Positions 37,855-47,505 of a stretch of DNA of 64,000 nucleotides are shown here, piece by piece. The notes beneath the pieces were generated by a model. The model was not told the origin of the DNA, ran no database searches, and was given only the letters and a program-made list of their open reading frames with translations. Position 1 is the stretch's first letter. The number at the start of each line of letters is the position of its first letter. Position numbers and translations under genes: made by a program. The DNA is from Capsulimonadaceae bacterium (lineage in GTDB: Bacteria > Armatimonadota > Armatimonadia > Armatimonadales > Capsulimonadaceae). Where the stretch lies: contig OZ244065.1 in the NCBI GenBank assembly GCA_965215505.1, positions 1,536,001-1,600,000 of the forward strand, in the 5' to 3' direction.

Positions 37855-38960
37855 TGCACCTCGATCTCGGCATGGAGCGCGCCGGCTTCCTTCATGGCCT
37901 GCAAGATGGCGATGAGGTCGCGCGGCGTCACGCCCAAGGCGTTCAGGGAGTGGACGACCTTGTCCAGTGTCGTGCTTTTCGGGATGGGGATCAATCGCTC
38001 GTCGCCCTCATGGACGGTGACGGCCTTGCCCGGCGCGGTCACGGTGACGCCCTTGGACAGTGGGGCGGGCTGCGAGATGATCGGGTCGTTAGCGATGGAG
38101 ACGGTGAGGCTTCCGTGCGCCACGGCACAGGCCGTGACCTCCACGTCCCCGCCCATGACCACGGTGCCCGTGCGCTCGTTGATGACGACCTTGGCGACCT
38201 CATCCGTCTCGACCGGCACGGACTCCAGGGCGGCGATCAGCGAGACGGGCGGCGTGCCAGGCGCGAAGGACACGCGGACCGTCGCCGCGTCTTCCGCATC
38301 GGCCCCAGTCGCGCCGGCAGGCCGGTGGGCGTTGATGGCGGCGGCCAGCCGGGCCGCCGTGGTGAAATCGGGGTGGTTCAGGGTCACTTCCAGCGCCCCG
38401 GACGCGCCGCCAAGCAGCGTCGTCGGCACGTCCTGTTCCACTAGGGCACCGCCGGGGATACGGCCCACCGTGACGAAGTTCTTGGTGACGCCGCCGCCCG
38501 CCCCGCCGCCGGCCAGGAACCCGCCCACCGAGAGCGGCCCCTGGGCGACCGCATAGACGCGGTTGTTGGCCGCCTGCAAGGGCGTCTGGAGCAGCGTCCC
38601 GCCTTGCAGCGAGGAGGCGTCGCCGAGGCTGCTGACCGTGACATCAATGGCGCTGCCGTTCTTGACATAGGCGGGCAGGGTGGCCGTGACCATGACGGCG
38701 GCCACGTTCTTGAGCTTCAGGGCACCCGGCGGGACGGTGACGCCAAACTTCTGGAGCAGCGAAGCGACCGACTGCGGCGTGAACGTCGCCCCGGTCCCGT
38801 CGCCCGTCCCGCTCAGGCCGACGATCAGGCCGTACCCGACGAGCTGATTGCCCCGAACGCCTTGCACGGCGGCGATGTCTTTCAGCCGCGTCTGCGCCTG
38901 CGCGGCGGGTGCCAGAGCGGCGAGGGCGAGGGCCAACGAAATGATCTGAGGTGTCTTCAT
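37851..38960 (-). CDS. flgI: P-ring protein FlgI
   Basis: RLKDIA..QGVRGNQLVGYGLIVGL, NERTGTVV, LQAMKEAGALHA. Confidence 0.95.
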   Translation of the reverse strand: MKTPQIISLALALAALAPAAQAQTRLKDIAAVQGVRGNQLVGYGLIVGLSGTGDGTGATFTPQSVASLLQKFGVTVPPGALKLKNVAAVMVTATLPAYVKNGSAIDVTVSSLGDASSLQGGTLLQTPLQAANNRVYAVAQGPLSVGGFLAGGGAGGGVTKNFVTVGRIPGGALVEQDVPTTLLGGASGALEVTLNHPDFTTAARLAAAINAHRPAGATGADAEDAATVRVSFAPGTPPVSLIAALESVPVETDEVAKVVINERTGTVVMGGDVEVTACAVAHGSLTVSIANDPIISQPAPLSKGVTVTAPGKAVTVHEGDERLIPIPKSTTLDKVVHSLNALGVTPRDLIAILQAMKEAGALHAEIEVQ

Positions 38961-39010
38961 AGATGAGCCTGGTATATTTATCGGCTGCCTCGCACTCAAA
39001 CAAGAGGCAT

Positions 39011-39634
39011 TCAGAACAGGAACTTGAAGACGCGGCTGATGAGGCCGTCGTGCTGCTTGTCGCCGACCGGGCCGCGCCCGCCGTATTTGATCTGGGCGTC
39101 GGCGATCAGCGGCGACTGGATCGTGTTGTCATAGGCGATGTCCTGGGGGCGGACGACGCCGGTGAGGGTGATCTCCTGCGTCTCGGCGTTCATGCCCACC
39201 TTGCGCTTGCCCTCGATGGCGAGGTTGCCGTTCGGCAGCACCTGCGTGACGGTGACGGCGATGCTGGCCGTCAGGTTATCAGTCCGGTTCGTGCTGCCGG
39301 TGGCGTTGCTGCCGATGCTGCCGTTCAGCCCAAACGCCGGGATGTTGTGCAGGATCGGCCCCAGCCCCGGCCCGTAGCTCAGGTTCTCGGTCTTGGAGTT
39401 CTTGGTCGCGGCCTGGGACGTGGCGGAGGCGTTCTCGTTGATCACGATGGTCAGGGTGTCGCCGACGTGCCGGGCCTTGTTGTCCGAGAACAGCGAGACG
39501 GAAGCCGCGCTGGCCTTGGCGACATCCGTGCTGCTGCCGGGGAAGAGCGAGTCGGCCTGGACGGACGCGGCCAGCGTCGCGGCGATGGCGAGCAGGGCCA
39601 GCGATTTCAGCAGGGTATTGGGAAAGGATTGCAT
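39011..39634 (-). CDS. flgH: L-ring protein FlgH
   Basis: LFSDNKARHVGDTLTI, VLPNGNL, GVVRPQDI. Confidence 0.9.
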   Translation of the reverse strand: MQSFPNTLLKSLALLAIAATLAASVQADSLFPGSSTDVAKASAASVSLFSDNKARHVGDTLTIVINENASATSQAATKNSKTENLSYGPGLGPILHNIPAFGLNGSIGSNATGSTNRTDNLTASIAVTVTQVLPNGNLAIEGKRKVGMNAETQEITLTGVVRPQDIAYDNTIQSPLIADAQIKYGGRGPVGDKQHDGLISRVFKFLF

Positions 39635-39638
39635 GGGT

Positions 39639-40298
39639 TCAGATCTCCAGATGCACAGTCTGTGCATCCATAACTCGGACGGAAAGGTCGGTCATCACGC
39701 CCTCGCGGTGGACACGGATCGTCTGCCCCGCGCCACCGCCCTCGCGGGCCACGCCCGGCGCGGTGATGGTGAGCGGGCCGGTTTGGATGACGATGGTGAC
39801 GGGGTCACCCCGGCGGATAAGAAGGCTTGGGGGTGGCAACGGGGTCTGCGTAGGGGCGCGATTCATCGCGCCCTCTGTTCTTATCGCGCCCTCTGTTCTG
39901 CCTCCCTGTGTGGCAGGGGCAGAGGGCGCGGCAAGAGGCACCCCTACGGGAACGGCATCCTCCACCCTCGTCACCTCCGCCGCGTCCGCGCCTTCCAGCA
40001 CGGCGGCCTTGTCAGGGTCGCACCCGGCCTGCCGCAGTTTCAGGGCCAGGTCGCCGCGCGTCACGCGGCGGCTCTCGCCGGACAGGGGGGCGCGGCCGAT
40101 GGGGATGGCGGCGAGGCGCGTTCGCAGGGCCGCGCCGCCGCCGGAAACGTCGGCCACGGCCCCCAGCGTGAAGAAGCCGTCGGCATCGGCCGACACGGCG
40201 GCGGCCGGTTTCAGGGCGACGTGGACGGGACTCGAGGCGGCGGGGCAGGCCAGCGCAGCCAGCAGGAAGCCGGCGCATCGGAGGGAAGCGGTCTTCAT
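39639..40298 (-). CDS. flgA: Short FlgA-like P-ring assembly chaperone
   Basis: Position flgG-X-flgH; C-terminal IRRGDPVTI...G.AREGG..GQTIRV. Confidence 0.75.
   Translation of the reverse strand: MKTASLRCAGFLLAALACPAASSPVHVALKPAAAVSADADGFFTLGAVADVSGGGAALRTRLAAIPIGRAPLSGESRRVTRGDLALKLRQAGCDPDKAAVLEGADAAEVTRVEDAVPVGVPLAAPSAPATQGGRTEGAIRTEGAMNRAPTQTPLPPPSLLIRRGDPVTIVIQTGPLTITAPGVAREGGGAGQTIRVHREGVMTDLSVRVMDAQTVHLEI
39850..39947. repeat. Inverted REP doublet (REPIN-like) inside flgA
   Basis: GTAGGGGCGCGATTCATCGCGCCC (+, 39850-39873) and GTAGGGGTGCCTCTTGCCGCGCCC (-, 39924-39947). Confidence 0.8.
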
Positions 40299-40315
40299 GG
40301 CGCGTCTCCCCTGCC

Positions 40316-41104
40316 CTAGCGCTTGAGCTGGTTGGCGGTCTGGAGCATCTCGTCGGACGTCTGGATGGCTTTGGAGTTGACCTCGTAAGCGCGCTGGGCG
40401 GTGATCATGTTGACCATCTCCTGCACGATCTGGACGTTGGACATTTCCAGAGTGCCCTGCGCGAGCTGGCCGAAGCCGGCCTGGCCGGGCGTGCCGTCGG
40501 TCGGGGAACCGGAGGCGGGTGTCTCCTGGAAATTGTTGCCGCCGAGGTGCTTGAGGCCCGCAGGGTTGGAAAACCGCGTCAGGGTGATCTTGCCGACCGC
40601 CTCCGGGGTGTTGCTGCTGCCGCGCGTGATGTTGACCGTGCCGTCCTTGCCGATGGCGATGGAGGTGGCGTCGGCAGGGATGGTGATCTCCGGCTGGATG
40701 GCGAGGCCGTCCGAGTTGACCAGCTTGCCCTGGACGTCGCGCTTGAACGCGCCGTCGCGGGTGTAGCCATTGGTGCCGTCGGGCAGGAGGACTTTGTAGA
40801 AGCCGTCGCCCTCGATAGCGACGTCCAGGTTGTTGCCGGTCTCCTGGAGCGTCCCCTGGTCGAACATCGTCTCGGTCGAGCCGGGCTTGACGCCCAGGCC
40901 GACTTCCAGCCCGGTGGGCGTGGTCGCGCCCTGGGCGACGGTCGCGCCGGCGGGGCGCATCTCCTGGTACAGAAGATCCTGGAAGTCCGCCCGGCTCTTC
41001 TTGAAGCCGACCGTGTTGACGTTGGCGAGGTTGTTGGCGATGACGTCCATGTTGAGCTGCTGGGCCTGCATCCCGGTCGCCGCCGTGTAGAGTGAGCGCA
41101 TCAT
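40316..41104 (-). CDS. flgG: Distal rod protein FlgG
   Basis: [42 protein letters not shown]. Confidence 0.95.
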   Translation of the reverse strand: MMRSLYTAATGMQAQQLNMDVIANNLANVNTVGFKKSRADFQDLLYQEMRPAGATVAQGATTPTGLEVGLGVKPGSTETMFDQGTLQETGNNLDVAIEGDGFYKVLLPDGTNGYTRDGAFKRDVQGKLVNSDGLAIQPEITIPADATSIAIGKDGTVNITRGSSNTPEAVGKITLTRFSNPAGLKHLGGNNFQETPASGSPTDGTPGQAGFGQLAQGTLEMSNVQIVQEMVNMITAQRAYEVNSKAIQTSDEMLQTANQLKR

Positions 41105-41213
41105 AGTGCGTGTTTCTCCTGATGCCCCCTCGGTCGGAGGGGGCGGGTCGTCGGCTTCCGTCAGCGGCCCGTTGAGGCGTTAGACAGTCCAGCCGTATTG
41201 TCTTATTGTCTTC

Positions 41214-41237
41214 GTAGGGGTGCGATCCATCGCGCCC
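41214..41237 (+). repeat. REP-like palindrome
   Basis: GTAGGGGTGCGATCCATCGCGCCC between flgF and flgG. Confidence 0.75.
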
Positions 41238-41260
41238 TTTTATCTATCGCGCCTGTCGCG

Positions 41261-42010
41261 TCAGACCTTGCTGACTTCGTTGGCCGCCTTGCCGGTCGCG
41301 TCGTCCTCGGACTGCATCATCTTCTGATTGGTCTCGTAGGCACGCATGATCGCGATCATCGAGACCATCTCTTTGACGACGTTCACGTTGGACGCCTCCA
41401 AATACCCCTGCTTGACCGAGGCCGCCGCCGAAGCGGGCCGCAGGGCGGCGACGCGGAACTGGTTGTCGCCCATCTTGACCGGGTTGTCCGAGGCCGCAAG
41501 CCCCGCCAGCCGCAGGCGGCCCACCTTGACTCCGTCCGCCGTGACCTCGCCGCGCGGGCCGATCAGGATGGCCTTCGTCTTGGCTGGGATACGGATGGGT
41601 TGGTTGGTGTCGCCCAGGACCGGCAGGCTGCCGTTCGTCTGGACCAGTGTCCCCGCCGCGCCCATGCTGAGTGAGCCGTCGCGGGTCAGGCGCAGCCCCT
41701 GCGGAGTCTGCACCACTAGGGCGGCGTCGCCGGTCAGGGCGACGTCCAGCGGGTTGCCGGACCGTTCCAGGCCGCCGTCGGCGAAGTTTGTCGTCGTATC
41801 CTTCAGCCCCGCCCCGCCGCCCAGCGAGCCGATGGAAGCCCGGTCTTCCGGGGAGAGACGCGTGGCGAGCGCCTCCTGGAACGACTCGAAGCGGGGGATG
41901 TCTTCCTTGTAGCCGGTCGTGCCGGCATTCGCGAGGTTCTGCGCGATCGCGTCCTGGGCCGCCTGGTTCGCCAGCATCCCGGCGGCGGCGGTGTAGACTC
42001 CACGGGTCAT
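41261..42010 (-). CDS. flgF: Rod protein FlgF (FlgF/G family)
   Basis: AQNLANAGTTGYK, GNPLDVAL, LEASNVNVVKEM; upstream of flgG. Confidence 0.85.
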   Translation of the reverse strand: MTRGVYTAAAGMLANQAAQDAIAQNLANAGTTGYKEDIPRFESFQEALATRLSPEDRASIGSLGGGAGLKDTTTNFADGGLERSGNPLDVALTGDAALVVQTPQGLRLTRDGSLSMGAAGTLVQTNGSLPVLGDTNQPIRIPAKTKAILIGPRGEVTADGVKVGRLRLAGLAASDNPVKMGDNQFRVAALRPASAAASVKQGYLEASNVNVVKEMVSMIAIMRAYETNQKMMQSEDDATGKAANEVSKV

Positions 42011-42068
42011 AAAGTTTCTTCTGCCTTTGCTCCGATGTAAAATCCGCTTTGAAGTCCGTCTGAGACTA

Positions 42069-42076
42069 TTATCGGC
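42069..42076 (-). promoter_or_regulatory. Sigma28-type -10 element upstream of flgF
   Basis: GCCGATAA; same octamer upstream of flgI (38978-38985) and csrA (34133-34140); -35 weak. Confidence 0.5.
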
Positions 42077-42145
42077 AGGGGCATGAGGTTTTTGCAGGGG
42101 AGAGAAATACGGGGGTTTTCGCCCGAATCCGGGTACGATTCAGGC

Positions 42146-42442
42146 ATGGCACACACGGACACCGACCAGATCGTGGAAGAGTTTTTGGGAGATGCGCCGC
42201 GCGCCGCCGAGTGGCGGGAGCTGCGGCAGGCGCTCCTGGACCGGCGGCGCGGTTTGCGCGGGCAGCGGACGGTCGAGGCAGACCCGGCGGCACTGGCCGT
42301 CCTCGACACGCAGATCGCCGGCCTGAGCCGTCAGATCGCGACCCTGGAGACGGAGGAAGTGGTGGCGCGCTTCGTCGAAGACTCGGTGCGGGCCAGCCTC
42401 GCACGGGCGCCGCGCCTGGGGGAAGAGGATTTCGAGGAGTAA
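42146..42442 (+). CDS. Small coiled-coil hypothetical protein
   Basis: ATG 6 nt after TACGAT; host-like codon usage; ends before a hairpin. Confidence 0.65.
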   Translation: MAHTDTDQIVEEFLGDAPRAAEWRELRQALLDRRRGLRGQRTVEADPAALAVLDTQIAGLSRQIATLETEEVVARFVEDSVRASLARAPRLGEEDFEE

Positions 42443-42449
42443 GCTAGAC

Positions 42450-42555
42450 ACAAAATCGCCGCCCGGTGCGGGGATACACCGGGCGGCGATCTCTACGGGT
42501 GCGGGGGAGCGCACCGTTGTGGGTTGCATTGCTCGCCGGTCTTTGGCCCGGCGCT
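42450..42555 (-). ncRNA. Candidate small RNA (~105 nt, three hairpins)
   Basis: Between a near-consensus promoter and a 14-bp-stem terminator with T4; no ORF or RBS seen. Confidence 0.55.
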
Positions 42556-42561
42556 GAGTCA

Positions 42562-42590
42562 ACTATAACACAGGTTCGCCGCCCTGTCAA
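42562..42590 (-). promoter_or_regulatory. Near-consensus sigma70 promoter
   Basis: TTGACA-N17-TATAGT. Confidence 0.75.
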
Positions 42591-42632
42591 GAGACTTTTC
42601 GGACTATTTTTGGGGACGTAAGGATTACTACC

Positions 42633-43340
42633 ATGTGCGGACGATTCACACTGCACCACTCGCTGGAAGAGCTGGAAGAGCGGTTCGACGCCCGGCCCGA
42701 AGCGCCGACGACTGCCGAGGCCGCGCCGCGCTACAACATCGCGCCGACGCAGGATATTTTGGTCGTGACGCAGAACGGCGCACGGCACCTGCAAGGCTAC
42801 CACTGGGGCCTGATCCCCTCGTGGGCCAAGGACCCGGCTATTGGGAACAAGATGATCAACGCCCGTGCCGAGACATTGGCCGAAAAGCCGTCCTTCCGGA
42901 CGGCCCTGTCGCGCCGCCGCTGCCTCATCCCCGCCGACGGCTTCTACGAGTGGCGGGACGCGACCGCCGATCTGCCCTCCGGCAAGAAGGCCCCACGGAC
43001 GCCCATGCACATCCGGCTTCAGGACGGCGGCCTGTTCGCCTTCGCGGGTTTGTGGGACGAGTGGCACGCGCCGGACGGCTCGCCCCTGCGCTCCTGCACC
43101 ATCATTACGATCGCGCCGAACGCCGTCACCGCCCCCATCCACGACCGGATGCCGGTCATCCTTCGCCCCGAAGACGAGGCGCTGTGGCTCGACCGCTCCG
43201 TCTCCGACACCTCCGCCCTACTGCCCCTGCTGGTCCCCTACCCCGCCGAAGTCATGGAAGCCTACGCCGTCTCTCGCTCGGTCAATGCGCCGACCGTAGA
43301 CGACCCCGGATTGATCACACCCGCCGACCCGGTTCAGTAA
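42633..43340 (+). CDS. SOS response-associated peptidase (SRAP/YedK-HMCES family)
   Basis: MCGRF, RYNIAPTQ, INARAET, GFYEW, IHDRMPVIL. Confidence 0.94.
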   Translation: MCGRFTLHHSLEELEERFDARPEAPTTAEAAPRYNIAPTQDILVVTQNGARHLQGYHWGLIPSWAKDPAIGNKMINARAETLAEKPSFRTALSRRRCLIPADGFYEWRDATADLPSGKKAPRTPMHIRLQDGGLFAFAGLWDEWHAPDGSPLRSCTIITIAPNAVTAPIHDRMPVILRPEDEALWLDRSVSDTSALLPLLVPYPAEVMEAYAVSRSVNAPTVDDPGLITPADPVQ

Positions 43341-44116
43341 ACCAGCCGTACCCCCGTGATGACCGGGTGGTCCGTGTTGGCCGCCGACAGGTTCGTATCG
43401 TGAATCTGGCCGTAGCCGACGAAGAAGACGGTCTGCGGCGACAGGAAGATGCCCGGCTCGATCCAATAGTCCGCGTAGCCACCCTTGCCCCCGCTGCCCG
43501 TGGCGGCGTGGAAGTCCGTCCGCAACTGAAGGCGGTGGCGGCGGAACGCGCCCAATGCCGTCTCGCCCTGCACGTCAACGTCGTGGTGGTAGGAGGACGC
43601 GAGCTGATGCACATGGACATACTCGCCCAAGGTCGCCGACAGTAGGGTCGCCCCGAGCGGCTTCTGGTAGCGCAGGGCCGCCATGTCCCAGCTCCCTTGG
43701 AACAAGTCATCCCGGTCTATGTAGTGCGCGGATTCATGCCGCACCAGCACGGAAAGCGGCTGGACCCCGAACAGGCTTCGCGCGCCCAGCTCGAACGTCC
43801 CGACCAGGCGGTCCGGCTGGAACTTGCCGTGGGCGCTATCTTCCAGCGCCTCCACGTCCACGTCGGCGAACCCGTACAGCGGCGAGCCGGCCACGCGGGC
43901 GAAGTTGGTGGCGACGTCATACTCCCCGTGGTAGCGGTAGGTATGAGTGGAAGCATAATAGCCCAGCCGGACCTGCCCGTGGACCGTGCCGATCTGCGTA
44001 TCCGGGGGCGGGAGCTGCGGCCCTTCGGGCGTCTGCGCCCGCGCCGCGCCGGGGAGCAGCACGGCGGCGAAGCCAAAGACGAATGCGGCCAGGGGGAAGC
44101 GAGGAAGGAAAGGCAT
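43334..44116 (-). CDS. Putative outer-membrane beta-barrel protein
   Basis: Signal peptide (ARA-Q), amphipathic strands, C-terminal GVRLVY. Confidence 0.6.
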   Translation of the reverse strand: MPFLPRFPLAAFVFGFAAVLLPGAARAQTPEGPQLPPPDTQIGTVHGQVRLGYYASTHTYRYHGEYDVATNFARVAGSPLYGFADVDVEALEDSAHGKFQPDRLVGTFELGARSLFGVQPLSVLVRHESAHYIDRDDLFQGSWDMAALRYQKPLGATLLSATLGEYVHVHQLASSYHHDVDVQGETALGAFRRHRLQLRTDFHAATGSGGKGGYADYWIEPGIFLSPQTVFFVGYGQIHDTNLSAANTDHPVITGVRLVY

Positions 44117-44164
44117 GGAGGCTCCTAGAGTGTTAAACTGCCTGTGATGAGGCCGGGCCGGGGT

Positions 44165-45565
44165 TCATTTCCCCGCCTCGAACCGCGCGACCAGATCGCG
44201 CGTCGCCGCCTCCATGTCCGGCGCGGCGACCACGGCGGACACCACGGCGGCGGCGTCCGCCCCCGCCTGGGCGACGAGAGCGATGTTCTCGGCATTGATG
44301 CCCCCGATGGCGACGATGGGGATGTCCGGGAAGGCCGCCTTGATCTCCCATATCCGCTCGACGCCGATGGCCGCTCCCGCGTCCAGCTTCGTCTTGGAGC
44401 CGAAGATCGCCCCGACGCCGAAGTAGGAGGCATACGGCGCGGCGGCGCGGGCCTCCTCCACCGAGGCGACCGAGACGCCGACCAGCTTATCCGGGCCGAG
44501 CAGCCGCCGGGCGTCGGCAGGCGTCATGTCGTCCGGGCCAAGGTGAACGCCATCAGCGTCCGAGGCGAGGGCGACATCAACGCGGTCATTAACGATAAAC
44601 AATGTTTGGGCATCACGGGCGGCAAGGCGGAATCGCTTTGACAGTTCGAGCAACCGAGATGTGGATAAATGCTTCTCCCGCAACTGGATTGCACAGGCAC
44701 TACCCGCGATAGCCTCCTCCACGATCTGAGGCAGCAGACGGTCAGGCTTGATCTGGGTGTCAGTCACCACATACACGCCTCGCAACATCCCCTTCCGCTC
44801 GACATGCCTGCGCCCCACGAATTGTATTCGCTCGGAAACGGATAACCGTACTTGCGGATAGCCCCGTCCCCGACCTATCACCGTCGGCTCACGCAGAGAC
44901 GCAGTCAGCATGTTCTTGGACTCAGCAATGGCATCGAAGAGGGAAGAACCTCGTGCAAGCAGGACCGCGATCAAAGAAGAAAGTAAGCAGCCTGTCCCAT
45001 GAGTGTGTTCCGTTCCAATACGGTAGCCCCCGAACTCCCGGATGCTGCCCCCTGGAAGGGTCAGCCGGTCTACAGGCTCGCCGGACAGATGACCACCCTT
45101 CACCAGCACGGCACGAGCGTTCATCACTCCAAGCGCCTTCGCCTCGTCCATATTCGGCGTCACCAGATCGCACAGCGGCATCAGCTCCGTCAGCAGGGTG
45201 GCGCGGCCTTCTTCGTCCAGCAAGGGAACACCGCCGGTGGAGGCGAGGACGGGGTCGAGGACGACGTTCGGCGGGGCATGCTTGCGGAGGGCGGCGGCGA
45301 CGGCGCGGACCTGGTCGGCCCCGCCGAGCATTCCGATCTTGACGGCCTGGACCTTCGTATCGCTCAGGATGGCCTCAAGCTGGGCCGCCAGCACGTCGGC
45401 GGGGACCGGGTGAACGCCTTGAACGCCAAGGCTGTTCTGCACCGTCAGGGCCGTGATGACCGAGACGCCGATGACGCCCAGGGCGGCGAAGGTCCGCAGG
45501 TCCGCTTGGATCCCGGCCCCGCCGCTTGGGTCCGAGCCGGCGATGGTCAGTGCAACGACGGTCAT
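44165..45565 (-). CDS. thiDE: ThiD-ThiE fusion (HMP-P kinase / thiamine-phosphate synthase)
   Basis: [22 protein letters not shown] (ThiD); [23 protein letters not shown] (ThiE). Confidence 0.9.
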   Translation of the reverse strand: MTVVALTIAGSDPSGGAGIQADLRTFAALGVIGVSVITALTVQNSLGVQGVHPVPADVLAAQLEAILSDTKVQAVKIGMLGGADQVRAVAAALRKHAPPNVVLDPVLASTGGVPLLDEEGRATLLTELMPLCDLVTPNMDEAKALGVMNARAVLVKGGHLSGEPVDRLTLPGGSIREFGGYRIGTEHTHGTGCLLSSLIAVLLARGSSLFDAIAESKNMLTASLREPTVIGRGRGYPQVRLSVSERIQFVGRRHVERKGMLRGVYVVTDTQIKPDRLLPQIVEEAIAGSACAIQLREKHLSTSRLLELSKRFRLAARDAQTLFIVNDRVDVALASDADGVHLGPDDMTPADARRLLGPDKLVGVSVASVEEARAAAPYASYFGVGAIFGSKTKLDAGAAIGVERIWEIKAAFPDIPIVAIGGINAENIALVAQAGADAAAVVSAVVAAPDMEAATRDLVARFEAGK

Positions 45566-46674
45566 AGGGCCTCCGAGAAGCGGGCGGGGTCGAAGGCGGC
45601 GGGGAGCGGCGCGTCGTGCAGGAGGTGGTCGGCCATCAGTGCGCCCGTGATCGGTGTCAGCAGGATGCCGTTGCGCCCATGCCCGGTCGCGAGGTGGACG
45701 TTGTCCCAGCCCGGTACACGCCCCAGCAGGGGCAGGCCGTCCGCGCTGACGGGCCGCAGGCCCGCCCAGGCGCTTTGCAGGGGCCAGTCAGCCAGCGCGG
45801 GGACCAGGGCGGACGCCTCGGCACGCAGGCCCGCAATCGCCGCGTCGTCCGTTGTGATGGCAAACCCGGCCCATTCCTCGGTCGCCCCGGCCACGATGCG
45901 GCCGTCGGCGCGCGGCACGAGGTAAGCGCCGTGCGTGTAGAGCGTATGGGAGAACGGCGCGGGCGACTGCGGGCCGAGGGCGAGGATCTGGCCCCGAAGC
46001 GGCGCGACGGGGATGTCGAAGGCGAGTTGCTGGCCGAGGGCGCGGCTCCACGCCCCGGCGGCGAGGACCAGCGTCCCGAACGTGTGCCGAGTTGGGCCGG
46101 ACAAGACGGCATGGGCGCGGCTCGCCGTCGCTTCCAGGCCAGTTGCCGGGCTGTGCGCGATGAGTTCGACGCCCTGAGCGCGGCAGGCAGTCGTCAATGC
46201 CGCCAGCAGAGGGCGCGGCTCGACGTGTTTCTCGGCGGGAGACAGCACGGCGGCTTGGACGTTCCCACCCAGGCCCGGCTCCAGGCGGCGCGCGTCGGCC
46301 CCCGTCAGCCGGTGTAGCGGCAGGCCTAGAGGCGGCTGCCAGGACAATGCGCGGCAGAGGGCCGCGTCTTCGGCTTCCGTCCGGGCGACGCGCAGCATCC
46401 CCGGTCCTTGCAGGCTTACGTCAGCCCCGCCCGCGTCGCGCAGGGCGGCGGCGAAGGCCGGGTAATGGCGCAGGCTGTCCAGGGCCAGGTCAAGGAACGG
46501 CCCCGGCTCGCTCGCCTCGGCCAGCGGTGCCAGCATCCCGGCGGCAGCCGACGACGCCTGCCCCGGCTCCCCCGCGTCCAGCACAGTCACCGACGCCCCC
46601 TGAAGGCTCAGGTGGTAGGCGACCGAAAGGCCGATGACGCCGCCGCCGAGGATAAGAAAATCGGACGCCGCCAA
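45562..46674 (-). CDS. thiO: Glycine oxidase ThiO
   Basis: [32 protein letters not shown]. Confidence 0.92.
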   Translation of the reverse strand: MAASDFLILGGGVIGLSVAYHLSLQGASVTVLDAGEPGQASSAAAGMLAPLAEASEPGPFLDLALDSLRHYPAFAAALRDAGGADVSLQGPGMLRVARTEAEDAALCRALSWQPPLGLPLHRLTGADARRLEPGLGGNVQAAVLSPAEKHVEPRPLLAALTTACRAQGVELIAHSPATGLEATASRAHAVLSGPTRHTFGTLVLAAGAWSRALGQQLAFDIPVAPLRGQILALGPQSPAPFSHTLYTHGAYLVPRADGRIVAGATEEWAGFAITTDDAAIAGLRAEASALVPALADWPLQSAWAGLRPVSADGLPLLGRVPGWDNVHLATGHGRNGILLTPITGALMADHLLHDAPLPAAFDPARFSEAL

Positions 46675-46678
46675 GCCC

Positions 46679-46879
46679 CTACCCTCCGGCCATCATCTGG
46701 ACGATTTCCAGCACGTCGCCGGTCGCAAGCGGCGTCTCGTCGTACAACCCGCGCGGGACGATCTCGCCGTTCCGCTCCACGACCACCATCTTGGCGTTCA
46801 GGTTGCGCGAGGCCAGAAGCGCGCCGACCGTCGGCGTGTCCTCCACGTCGCGCACGTCCCCGTTCACGATGATCTGCAT
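46679..46879 (-). CDS. thiS: Sulfur carrier ThiS
   Basis: 66 aa, VERNGEIV, C-terminal GG. Confidence 0.95.
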   Translation of the reverse strand: MQIIVNGDVRDVEDTPTVGALLASRNLNAKMVVVERNGEIVPRGLYDETPLATGDVLEIVQMMAGG

Positions 46880-47505
46880 TCCCGTTCCTCCCAGGCGGCA
46901 TCTAAGGCCGCCCGATACTCCTGCGCGGCGGCCTTCGGGTCGGCGGACCGCATGATGGGCGACAGCACGGCCACGCCCGCCGCGCCCGCTTCAACACACG
47001 CGCCCAGGTTCTCCGGCGTCACCCCGCCGATGGCGAGTACGGGGACGGAGACGGCGGCGCAGACGTCCCGCAGGAAGTCCAGCCCCGCCGGCTCGACGTC
47101 CGGGTGGCTGGGCGAGGCGAAGATGGTCCCGGCGATGATATAGTCCGCGCCCTGCGAGGCGGCTTTCAGGGCGGCCTCGACGGAGTGGGCGGACTTGCCG
47201 ACCAGCGCCCCCGACCCCAGGTGGTGGCGGATGACTCCCACCGGCGCGGACTGCTCGGGCAGGTGGATGTGGCGCGCGCCGAAGCCGACAGCCCGCTGCC
47301 AGTCCGCGTTGACGGTGACGATGGTTCCCGAACGCAGAGCCTGCCCCAACGCTTTGAACGTCAGCCTCAGCCCGTGGGCGGCGGCCCGCTTGTCCCGGAG
47401 CTGCACCACGTTGACCCCGCCCCCGACCGCCTCGCCCGCGATCTGCGGCAGGCGCGGCGACGGCTCGGTGACCAGCATCAGGCAGGGCGTCGGCAGGTTC
47501 GTCAA
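46864..47505 (-). CDS. Second ThiE/TenI-family protein
   Basis: VQLRDK, IHLPE, GKSAHS, SPSHP, AIGGV; TTG start overlapping the thiG stop. Confidence 0.8.
   Translation of the reverse strand: MTNLPTPCLMLVTEPSPRLPQIAGEAVGGGVNVVQLRDKRAAAHGLRLTFKALGQALRSGTIVTVNADWQRAVGFGARHIHLPEQSAPVGVIRHHLGSGALVGKSAHSVEAALKAASQGADYIIAGTIFASPSHPDVEPAGLDFLRDVCAAVSVPVLAIGGVTPENLGACVEAGAAGVAVLSPIMRSADPKAAAQEYRAALDAAWEERECRSS

Noticed and set aside
42450-42555. tRNA or SRP RNA
   Set aside because: No cloverleaf, TTC loop or CCA end, and no SRP GGAA tetraloop helix; kept only as an unknown sRNA candidate.
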